A stretch of 63,310 nucleotides of DNA, filler included, from Eubacteriales bacterium (GTDB lineage: Bacteria; Bacillota; Clostridia; Oscillospirales; CAG-382), in assembly GCA_045636665.1 (NCBI GenBank). It is 7 parts of 7 records of this genome, joined end to end, with 100 filler letters (N's around TTAATTAATTAA, not from the genome) between each part and the next. Parts side by side here need not be neighbours in the genome. Positions count along the whole stretch, not along the records: positions 15,699 to 27,948 come from JAZTXY010000104.1; positions 28,049 to 35,730 come from JAZTXY010000105.1; 5 more parts are not named here. One strand, written 5' to 3'. The notes beneath the pieces are model-generated. The model was not told the DNA's origin. It searched no databases and was given only the letters and a program-made list of their open reading frames with translations. Shown one piece after another: positions 18,559 through 28,756 of this stretch (the first letter of the stretch is position 1; every line of letters starts with the position of its first letter). The translations under genes were made by a program, and so were the position numbers.

Positions 18559-21060
18559 ATGAAAAAAATGTTTAAATCCATATCGGTTTTACTCATTGTG
18601 GCAATGCTCTTCACCGCAATGCCACTTACAACAAGCGCAAAATCAGACGCGCTGGCAGGTAAAACAATAGTTACCTTCGGCGACAGTCTTACAAAGCTCG
18701 GCAACAATGCCGGCACTTTGCACTATCCCGATTATCTCGCATCCGACGAATATCTCGGCGTTCCCGTGATCAATATGGGCGTCGGCGGCGATTCTACCCG
18801 TCACGGTATGGCACGTTTCGAAACCGACGTGCTTTCCAAAAATCCCGATCTTGTTATACTCTGCTTCGCAATGAACGACCAAGCAGCGGTAATCGCAAGC
18901 GAAACCCCCAACGTACCGCTCGAAACCTATAAACAAAATCTTATCTACTTCGTTGAAAAGCTTCAGGCTATCGATTGCGACGTAGTATTCTTCACCCCCA
19001 ACCCTCCGCTTGAGGATAAGGGATATTACGTTCCCGGCGATTACGGTCTTAACTACAATTTCGGCTTCCTTCCCGAATTCTGCAACGCAATGCGCGAGAT
19101 CGCGATCGATTACGGCTGCACTCTCGTTGATATAAACTACGAATATGAATTCGAAGACCCTTACAAGTTTATCAGCGACGGTCTTCACCAAACCACCTAC
19201 GGCAAAAAGCAATACGCAAAATATATTTCCGAGCATCTCCTTGCCGTTTATGATGGTATCGACAAGGCAACGATGACCGTAAACTGCGTCGACCAAGACG
19301 GCAACCTTTTAAAAACCGTCACTCACGTCGGCAAGAACGGTGCGCATTTCACTCTTGCCACCCCCGAAATTTACGGCTATGAACCTCTCGATGAGGATAT
19401 TAAAACCACGTTTGAAGACGGCAAGACCTTTACCTATAAATACGACTTCAAGCTTAAATCGCTTATCAGTCAGGCAAAGGAAGCCTCTGCCGACAGATAC
19501 AGCGACGTTGTTATCGAAAAGATCCGCAAGGCAGTAAGCGAGGGCGAAGCTCTCCTTGCAAACGCATCCTCCGCAAAGGAAGACCTTTTCGCTTGCTCCG
19601 ACGAGCTCGGTATTTGCCTATCTCTTATCGGCAACACTCAATATATCCAATCCGCAGATGCAAAATGCGACTATGAAAAGCTTACAGACGGAATCAAAGG
19701 CACTGCCGACGGCAACGCAGACCACTACGTAAGTTTCACCGGTAAGGACAAGACGAACGAGATTATCGTCGACCTCGGAAGCGGCAAGGACGTTAACTAT
19801 TTCAGCGTTTACTGTGCATCCGGCTTGAATAATGCAAGCAAGCCTGCAAAGCTCACCGTTTCGATATCCGACAACGGCACGGAATTCAAGGAGATCGCTT
19901 CGCAGACCGCTGTAAAAACCCCTGTAAACACCGATAAATGGGATACCAAAATTATCACCGCCGTAACCGAAACGCCGGTTTCGGCACGTTACGTTAAATA
20001 TTCGGTCACCTCGAGCAACGAGCTTTTGCTTATCGACGAGGTTGAAGCATCGCTGTCTGTCAACCCGATAAAAACTGCCGTTTCTATCGACGCGATCAAC
20101 GCGCTTCCCGAAAGCGGCAAGACCGCAATTTTCACAAAGAACAGCGCACTTAACGGAAAATATTACGGCGTGCTTGCAACCAAAGACGGTGACGGATTTA
20201 AGGTCACCGCGATCAACAACGCGATCGAAAGCATCGAAGCATCCGCAAACGATATAGTCATCGTTACCGATGCCGACAACAAGCTGATAACAAAGCTTGA
20301 AATAGGCGACAAGCTTTCGCTTTCCGGCATTGACACCGCAACCGCAACGCTCGGAATTATGCCCTATGCCAACCTCGGCATCGACCTCTCGAACGATGCG
20401 GTAAACGGCAATAAGCTTTGGCTGACTCACTTCAATTCCAACACCGTAGAGGGTGCCGGCGTTATTTTCACAAACGAATACTCGGGCTGCGCTTGGTGGT
20501 TGAACGTTGCATTCGCACCCGTAGCGGGACACGAAGGAGTTTATGAGGTAGTTGAGAAATCCGACGGCGCAAGCAACGGTTCGGGTAAGGTCCTTGCGAT
20601 CCCCGAAGGCGGTTTCGTATATGCAGTAAACACCGGCAACGACTATATCACGCTCAACAACGATCCCGAGGCACTCAACTTCAAGAGCTCCGCCGCATCC
20701 ACTGCTCTTACCGCAGCAAGAAAATGGAAGGTCGGCGACAAATTCGTATTCGGCAACGTTGACCTCGACAATCAGGAAATCCCCACCACCACACCTTATA
20801 TCGATTATTTTGCACCCGAATACGTTTGTACCGCCACCATCGCACCCTACGTTCCCACCTACAAGCTCGGCGATATTAACGACAACGGCGAAATCGAAAA
20901 GTTCGACTATATCGCTATCAAGCGTGCGGTTATGAACACCTTGACTCTTAACGAAACCCAACAAAAAGCCGCTAACGTCAACGGAAAAGACGGCGTTGAA
21001 AAGTTCGACTATATCCTCATCAAGCGCCACGTAATGGGCACCTACAAAATCGAAGGATAA
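18559..21060 (+). CDS. Secreted modular SGNH/GDSL hydrolase: SGNH + MucBP-like + FIVAR-like + F5/8C (CBM32-like) + unknown domain + dockerin
   Basis: Signal peptide; FGDSLT, GVGG, AMND, DGLH blocks; VNCVDQDGNLL; LTDG...IVDLG...SDNGTEF...ARYVK; C-terminal dockerin. Confidence 0.82.
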   Translation: MKKMFKSISVLLIVAMLFTAMPLTTSAKSDALAGKTIVTFGDSLTKLGNNAGTLHYPDYLASDEYLGVPVINMGVGGDSTRHGMARFETDVLSKNPDLVILCFAMNDQAAVIASETPNVPLETYKQNLIYFVEKLQAIDCDVVFFTPNPPLEDKGYYVPGDYGLNYNFGFLPEFCNAMREIAIDYGCTLVDINYEYEFEDPYKFISDGLHQTTYGKKQYAKYISEHLLAVYDGIDKATMTVNCVDQDGNLLKTVTHVGKNGAHFTLATPEIYGYEPLDEDIKTTFEDGKTFTYKYDFKLKSLISQAKEASADRYSDVVIEKIRKAVSEGEALLANASSAKEDLFACSDELGICLSLIGNTQYIQSADAKCDYEKLTDGIKGTADGNADHYVSFTGKDKTNEIIVDLGSGKDVNYFSVYCASGLNNASKPAKLTVSISDNGTEFKEIASQTAVKTPVNTDKWDTKIITAVTETPVSARYVKYSVTSSNELLLIDEVEASLSVNPIKTAVSIDAINALPESGKTAIFTKNSALNGKYYGVLATKDGDGFKVTAINNAIESIEASANDIVIVTDADNKLITKLEIGDKLSLSGIDTATATLGIMPYANLGIDLSNDAVNGNKLWLTHFNSNTVEGAGVIFTNEYSGCAWWLNVAFAPVAGHEGVYEVVEKSDGASNGSGKVLAIPEGGFVYAVNTGNDYITLNNDPEALNFKSSAASTALTAARKWKVGDKFVFGNVDLDNQEIPTTTPYIDYFAPEYVCTATIAPYVPTYKLGDINDNGEIEKFDYIAIKRAVMNTLTLNETQQKAANVNGKDGVEKFDYILIKRHVMGTYKIEG

Positions 21061-21246
21061 AATACTTCGTGAAAATATCCGAAAAAACCATCGGCAATAA
21101 AGACGTTTTTCCCTATATTTCCCTTGAAATTTCGGAAAAACGGTGGTATGCCCAATTCAGTGAATACATAATGAATATATAAAATAGCAAGAGTAGATTC
21201 GCGCAATCTACTCTTGATGTTTAGCAAAGAAAGATAGGAGAAGAAA

Positions 21247-23004
21247 ATGAAGACGTTTTTATCCCTTATACTCTCGTTCGTTCTTGTTTTCTCGGCTTTT
21301 TCCTTTATTGTAATCGCCGAAGATTTCGAAAAGACGGTCGAAGAGCAAATGCTTGAAGCGCTCGGCAAAACGCCCGAAAACGCTAAGCTCGATTATGTAA
21401 TCGATGCCCCCGAAACCTACAAGACGGGAGACGACATCACCGTTAACGTTTCAGTCAAGAACATCACTGCCGAAAGCGGTATCCACGTTGTTGAATTCGT
21501 CCTCTTCTACGATAACGAAAAGCTCCTCCTCACCAACGATCTTGATGAGGATGACAACAACGCGCTTGTTTGTTTCAAAGATCTCCCCAACGGTTGGGAA
21601 AACTTCTCGCGAGTAAACAACGACGGCGGTGAAGCAAGCAACGACGGTACCGTTCTTCCTCTTAACGACGGCAAGATCATCGCATCTGTATTGACCGAAA
21701 AGGCAACCGACAAGTTCGCGGTTAAGGACGATGACGTTCTCGTATTCACCTTCAACTTCAAGGTGCTTGACGGCACAGACGGCGATTTGGGCTTCGTAAT
21801 TCCTCACGCAACCGCAGAAGGCGCGCGCAATACCGATACCGGCGCAGATATTTACCTCGCAAACGGCGACTGTGCAGTTATCAAACGCGTTTACACAACA
21901 AAAGAAAAAATGATCAAATTGCTCGGCGAAAAGCCTGCCGATCCCAAGTTTGAAATCGAGATCTCCACCCCTGACGGATATCTCGCGGGGCAGGAGCTTA
22001 CCGTTACCGTTTCGGTCAAAAACATTACCGCGGAAAAGGGCATTCACATTGTAGGCTTTAAATTCTTCTACGACTGCGAAAATCTTGTTCTTACCAACGA
22101 CCTCGACGAAGATGACGAAAACGCACTTCTTTGCGTCAAAAAGATGCCCGACGACTGGGAAAACTTTTCGAAGGTCGCCAACAACTACGATCCCGATAAC
22201 GCCGAAGGGACCGAGGTCACGCCCATAAATGACGGCATTATCAACATAGATATCTTCACCGCAAAAATCACAGAAAACGCCGCTGTCAAAGCTGATGACG
22301 AAATCGTTCTCGAATTCACCTTTAAGGTTGCCGATGAAATAGAAGATGAGCTTGGCTTCGTAATTCCTCACGCAACCGTAGAAGGCGCATTCAACAACGA
22401 TACGGGCGCAGAGCTTTTCGCAGCTGAAGGCGATTTTGCAGTCCTCAACAAGCTCGAGCCTGTTTTTGTCGAAGCAGAAGAAGGCGTTATCGAGGAAAAC
22501 GCACAACTCAACGTCGACACCGTTGAAAACGAAGCACTTGAAGAAGTATTCCCCATGATAGAAAACATCCCGTCTGCGATCGTTTTCGACATCTTTATCC
22601 AAAAGGGTGACGACCGTATCCAACCCAACGGCGAGCTTAAAATTTCCATCCTTGCTCCCGTAAACGTCAGCGTAGCTCTCAGAGTTTACCACATCTCCGA
22701 CGACGGCAAGATCACTGATATGAACGCAGTTTTCGAAAACGGATACTATACCTTCACCACCACTCACTTGAGCTACTATATGCTCGCAAATCCCGACGAA
22801 ATGTATAAGCTCGGTGACATAAACAATAACGGTGCAGTCGACAAGTTCGACTATATCGCAGTCAAGCGCGCCGTTATGAACACGATAAAGCTCGATGAAA
22901 TCCAGCAAAAGGCGGCTGATGTAAACACCAGCGGCGGCATTGATAAATTCGACTATATCCTCATCAAGCGCCACGTAATGGGCACCTACAAAATCGAAGG
23001 ATAA
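21247..23004 (+). CDS. Putative adaptor scaffoldin: signal peptide, two cohesin-like repeats, HLS-motif domain, dockerin
   Basis: Repeats at aa ~30-213 and ~217-402 (G..I.V.V.VKN...GIH...F...YD...L; F.F.FKV); FTTTHLSYY; C-terminal dockerin. The repeat and dockerin are clear; the cohesin call is pattern-based. Confidence 0.7.
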   Translation: MKTFLSLILSFVLVFSAFSFIVIAEDFEKTVEEQMLEALGKTPENAKLDYVIDAPETYKTGDDITVNVSVKNITAESGIHVVEFVLFYDNEKLLLTNDLDEDDNNALVCFKDLPNGWENFSRVNNDGGEASNDGTVLPLNDGKIIASVLTEKATDKFAVKDDDVLVFTFNFKVLDGTDGDLGFVIPHATAEGARNTDTGADIYLANGDCAVIKRVYTTKEKMIKLLGEKPADPKFEIEISTPDGYLAGQELTVTVSVKNITAEKGIHIVGFKFFYDCENLVLTNDLDEDDENALLCVKKMPDDWENFSKVANNYDPDNAEGTEVTPINDGIINIDIFTAKITENAAVKADDEIVLEFTFKVADEIEDELGFVIPHATVEGAFNNDTGAELFAAEGDFAVLNKLEPVFVEAEEGVIEENAQLNVDTVENEALEEVFPMIENIPSAIVFDIFIQKGDDRIQPNGELKISILAPVNVSVALRVYHISDDGKITDMNAVFENGYYTFTTTHLSYYMLANPDEMYKLGDINNNGAVDKFDYIAVKRAVMNTIKLDEIQQKAADVNTSGGIDKFDYILIKRHVMGTYKIEG

Positions 23005-23016
23005 CACGATATACGC

Positions 23017-23048
23017 AAAAATGGCTTGCACAATGCAAGCCATTTTTT
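23017..23048. terminator. Bidirectional terminator between convergent genes
   Basis: AAAAATGGCTTGCA-caa-TGCAAGCCATTTTTT. Confidence 0.88.
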
Positions 23049-23062
23049 GTTTTTTATTGTCT

Positions 23063-23368
23063 TTAAAGCTTCAACGCGTGTTTTTCCATATCGACGCGTC
23101 CGTCGGGAAGAAAGGTCACGCCCTCTCCCTCCAAAAGCCGTCTTTGCTCGTTTTCGCCGCCGAAGGCAAAGGCGCTCGTCAACCGACCGTCCTTCATCAC
23201 AACGCGGTGGCAGGGTATTTCGCCCGGTCGCGGATTAACGTGCAATGCATAACCCACCACGCGCGAAAGACGGGGATTGCCTACTCGACAGGCGATATAG
23301 CCGTAGGAAGCAACCCTACCCTTCGGAATCAAGCAAACCTCATTATATATGCATTCAAAAGTATTCAT
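23063..23368 (-). CDS. O6-alkylguanine DNA alkyltransferase family protein (single MGMT DNA-binding domain)
   Basis: IPKGRVASYG, RVVG, IPCHRVV, LLEGEGV; SD GAGGTG before ATG 23368. Confidence 0.9.
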   Translation of the reverse strand: MNTFECIYNEVCLIPKGRVASYGYIACRVGNPRLSRVVGYALHVNPRPGEIPCHRVVMKDGRLTSAFAFGGENEQRRLLEGEGVTFLPDGRVDMEKHALKL

Positions 23369-23495
23369 GAAAATCACCTCAAAATATTATACCCCATAAC
23401 CGTTAAAATTTCAATAACACACAAAAATTAGCACCTTTTCACAAATACCGCTAAAATTGTTAACAAAATACTGCTATATTTTTTGGCAATTACTA

Positions 23496-23523
23496 TTGAC
23501 AAGACAAAAAAACGGGGTATAAT
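23496..23523 (+). promoter_or_regulatory. sigma-A promoter of the dnaK operon
   Basis: TTGACA-N16-TATAAT. Confidence 0.8.
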
Positions 23524-23533
23524 AAAGACAAGT

Positions 23534-23560
23534 TTAGCACACAGCGAACGCGAGTGCTAA
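23534..23560 (+). promoter_or_regulatory. CIRCE operator (HrcA binding site)
   Basis: TTAGCACAC-N9-GAGTGCTAA, one mismatch to TTAGCACTC-N9-GAGTGCTAA, directly upstream of hrcA. Confidence 0.95.
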
Positions 23561-23588
23561 AAACGACAAAAAAGGAGCAAGGCGCATT

Positions 23589-24653
23589 ATGGAACTGAGC
23601 GAACGAAAAAAAGCGATACTTAAATCGGTCGTCGACGCATATATCGCAACGGGCGATCCGGTCGGTTCAAAATACCTTACCGCGAATGCCGATTTTAACG
23701 TTTCAAGCGCAACGCTCCGCAACGAAATGAACGCGCTTGAAAGCATGGGCTATCTCGAGCAGCCGCATACCTCGGCGGGCAGAGTGCCGACCGCAAAGGG
23801 CTACCGCACCTACGTCGAAAACCTTATGGGCAGATATTATCTTGCTATGGAAGAGGTTGAGGTACTTGACGAGCTGATTGAAAACAAGCTTCACGAAATG
23901 ACCTCGCTTATGGAGGAAGCAAGCCACGCGATAGGCGAATTGACGAACTACACGTCGTTTGCATTCATCGGCGGAAGCGGAAGCGAAGCCGACCGATACG
24001 AGGTTTTGCTTATCGGCGAGCACGATTTTCTGCTCGTTATGATATGCAAGGACGGCTCGGTGCGTTCAAGGCAGGTTAAAACACAGGAAACCGTCAACAA
24101 CGAAATCGTCGAAACGGCAAAGAACGCACTCAACAAATGCTTCACCAACATCACACCCGAGCAGGTAAACCTTAACACAGTGCTTGAGTTTGAAAGCGCG
24201 TTGGGCGAGCACAAATCGTTCGCATCGATGCTTTTGCGCGTTGTAAACGAAATGTTCAATTCGTTTGACAGCGAAAAGGTCCACGTTGACGGCGTTACCA
24301 AGCTGCTTTCCTACCCCGAATTTTTCAACGTGGCGAAGGTACAAAGCGTTCTTTCGATGATTGAAGAAAGAAAACGCTTTTCCGAGCTGATGAAAAAAGC
24401 CGTTCCCGGACAAACGAGCATCATCTTCGGCGAAGAGGCGCAGGACATCGCGCCGCCCGGCACGGGATTTGTTTTCCACCCCATAACCGTCGAAGGCAAG
24501 GTCGTCGGCGCGATCGGGGTTATCGGTCCGAAGCGTATGGACTATAAAAAGGTCATTGCCTCGCTTGATTATTTCGCCGAGGGCTTGACCGGACAAATAG
24601 ATAAAAGCACAAACAAAAACCTCTTGATTGGAGACGGAAGCGATGCAGAATGA
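23589..24653 (+). CDS. hrcA: Heat-inducible transcription repressor
   Basis: PVGSK, SSATLRNEM, QPHTSAGRVPT, GVIGPKRMDY. Confidence 0.97.
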   Translation: MELSERKKAILKSVVDAYIATGDPVGSKYLTANADFNVSSATLRNEMNALESMGYLEQPHTSAGRVPTAKGYRTYVENLMGRYYLAMEEVEVLDELIENKLHEMTSLMEEASHAIGELTNYTSFAFIGGSGSEADRYEVLLIGEHDFLLVMICKDGSVRSRQVKTQETVNNEIVETAKNALNKCFTNITPEQVNLNTVLEFESALGEHKSFASMLLRVVNEMFNSFDSEKVHVDGVTKLLSYPEFFNVAKVQSVLSMIEERKRFSELMKKAVPGQTSIIFGEEAQDIAPPGTGFVFHPITVEGKVVGAIGVIGPKRMDYKKVIASLDYFAEGLTGQIDKSTNKNLLIGDGSDAE

Positions 24654-25185
24654 AAAAATAAACGAAGAGGCGGTTGAAACCGAAGCAAAGGTTGACACCG
24701 CAGAAGTAAAAGAAGAAACAAAAAAAGAAAAGAAATGCAAAAAGTCGGATAAGGCAGAAAAGGAAATTACCGAGCTTAAAGCAAAGCTTGCCGAGGCTGA
24801 CGATAAGTTCCTTCGTCTTGCAGCCGAATACGACAATTACCGCAAGCGCACCGCAAAGGAAAAAAGCGAAGCTTACACCGATGCATACTGTGATGCGGTG
24901 AAAGCGATACTTCCGCTTGCCGACTCGCTCGACAAAGCGCTTGAATTCACACCCGACGACGAGGGAATCAAAGCACTTTCGAAGCTGTTTTCCGACATTC
25001 TTTCGAAAATCGGCGTAACCGAAATCGAATCCGACGGAAAAGAATTCAACCCCAACGTTCACAACGCGATAATGCACGAAGACGACGAAGCCATGGGCGA
25101 AAACCTTGTAAGCCAAACCTTCCAAAAGGGCTATATGCTCGGCGAAAAGGTAATCCGCCACGCAATGGTTAAGGTAGTCAACTGA
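24643..25185 (+). CDS. grpE: Nucleotide exchange factor GrpE
   Basis: RLAAEYDNYRKR, FNPNVHNA, QKGY, IRHAMVKV. Confidence 0.96.
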   Translation: MQNEKINEEAVETEAKVDTAEVKEETKKEKKCKKSDKAEKEITELKAKLAEADDKFLRLAAEYDNYRKRTAKEKSEAYTDAYCDAVKAILPLADSLDKALEFTPDDEGIKALSKLFSDILSKIGVTEIESDGKEFNPNVHNAIMHEDDEAMGENLVSQTFQKGYMLGEKVIRHAMVKVVN

Positions 25186-25210
25186 ATTTGATAACAATTA
25201 CACTATATAA

Positions 25211-27088
<1,878 letters not shown>

Positions 27089-27100
27089 TCCCAAGAATAA

Positions 27101-27132
27101 CGAAAAGAGAGGCAAAGCGTCCTCTCTTTTCG
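27101..27132 (+). terminator. Stem-loop or partial terminator between dnaK and dnaJ
   Basis: CGAAAAGAGAGG-N8-CCTCTCTTTTCG. Confidence 0.7.
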
Positions 27133-27155
27133 TGGGTATATCACGAGGTTAACAT

Positions 27156-27948
27156 ATGGCAGATAAAAGAGATTGCTACGAAATACTCGGCATAAGCAAA
27201 TCCGCCACAGAAGATGAAATAAAAAAAGCATACCGCAAAAAGGCGAAGCAGTATCACCCCGATGCCAACCCCGGCGACAAGGAAGCCGAGGAAAAGTTCA
27301 AGGAAGCCAACGAAGCCTATTCGATACTCTCCGACCCCGATAAAAAGGCGAAATACGATGCCTATGGCTATGCAGGTGTCGATCCCTCGGCAGGCGGAGG
27401 CGGATTCGGCGGAGGATTCTCGGGCGGATTCGATATGGGCGACATTTTCGATATGTTCGGCGGAATGTTCGGCGGCGGAAGCACGCGCAGAAACCCCAAC
27501 GCGCCTATGCGCGGTGAGGACGTCGGCGTTCGCATAACCATCGATTTCGACGAAGCTGTGTTCGGCTGTAAAAAGGATATTTCCTTTTCGCGCATCGAAA
27601 GCTGTAAGGAATGCGGCGGCAGCGGCGCGGGAAAGGGCACGTCGGCTTCGACCTGTCGCAAATGCGGCGGCAGAGGCACGATAACCGTTCAGAGACGTAC
27701 TCCTTTCGGAATGATGCAGAGCACTGCGGAATGTGACGAATGCGGCGGGAGAGGCAAAACGATCGACAAGCCCTGCAAGGAATGCCGCGGAAGCGGTACC
27801 GTCCGCAAGAACAAGACGCTCGAGGTCGAGATTCCCGCAGGCATCGACAACGGACAGCGCATCTCGCTCCGCGGTCAGGGTGATGCAGGTGCGAACGGCG
27901 GACCTAACGGCGATCTTATCATTCAGGTTATGATAAGAAGCCACGAGT
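27156..27948 (+). CDS. dnaJ: Chaperone DnaJ, 5' part (cut by gap)
   Basis: HPD J-domain, G/F-rich region, four CxxCxGxG repeats. Confidence 0.97.
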
Positions 27949-28048
27949 NNNNNNNNNNNNNNNNNNNNNNNNNNNNNNNNNNNNNNNNNNNNTTAATTAA
28001 TTAANNNNNNNNNNNNNNNNNNNNNNNNNNNNNNNNNNNNNNNNNNNN
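27949..28048. other. Artificial contig linker
   Basis: N-run + TTAATTAATTAA. Confidence 0.99.
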
Positions 28049-28079
28049 CTCACAGAACGACATGGCTACGATCCGACTT
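28049..28079 (-). other. Untrimmed MGI/BGI (DNBSEQ) sequencing adapter
   Basis: Minus strand AAGTCGGATCGTAGCCATGTCGTTCTGTGAG matches the start of the standard MGI read-2 adapter. Confidence 0.93.
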
Positions 28080-28616
28080 GAAGGTGATCTTCTTATCGGT
28101 GAGGAGCTTAAGTCTTTCATTGGGGATAACGATGAGCGAGTCAACGATATCAGCGAGCTTTTCGATACCTGCTTCTGCTTGAGTCATACGGCGCTTACCT
28201 TCGAAAAGGAAGGGCTTGGTAACAACTGCAACAGTAAGGATATCGAGAGATTTTGCAATCTTAGCGATTACGGGAGCCGCACCGGTACCGGTACCGCCGC
28301 CCATACCAGCGGTGATAAATACCATATCAGCGCCTTTGATTGCTTCGGTAATTTCATCAATGGATTCATCAGCAGCTTTTTCACCGAGTTCGGGATTTGC
28401 ACCTGCGCCGTGACCTTTGGTAATACGGTCGCCGATAGCGATTTTGGTAGGTGCGCTCGACTTGATGAGGATTTGAGTATCGGTGTTGATGTTGATAAAT
28501 TCAACGTCAGCCGCATCGATTGCGGAAATCATACGGTTAACCGCGTTGCCGCCGCCACCGCCCACGCCGATGACCTTTATTACTACTTTATTGGGATCTT
28601 CGATCATGTTGTGCAT
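28080..28616 (-). CDS. ftsZ: Cell division protein FtsZ (3' truncated by adapter and contig end)
   Basis: [34 protein letters not shown]. Confidence 0.97.
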
Positions 28617-28756
28617 TTGGAACCTCCGATAGTTTGTATCTTTTTATTTTCATTCACTATATACTATAATATGTTTTTTTGCGAAATGCAAGTGTTTTTT
28701 CGTTTTTTCTTTAAAATTGGCGTTATTTTTTGCGGTTTTTGTTGTTTTTTGGCATT

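Noticed and set aside
21004..23004. Diversity-generating retroelement TR/VR pair
   Set aside because: The repeat is fully identical with no adenine-specific mismatches, both copies are coding, and no reverse transcriptase is present.
28050..28616. Naturally short 188-aa FtsZ variant
   Set aside because: The stop comes from adapter sequence at the contig end.
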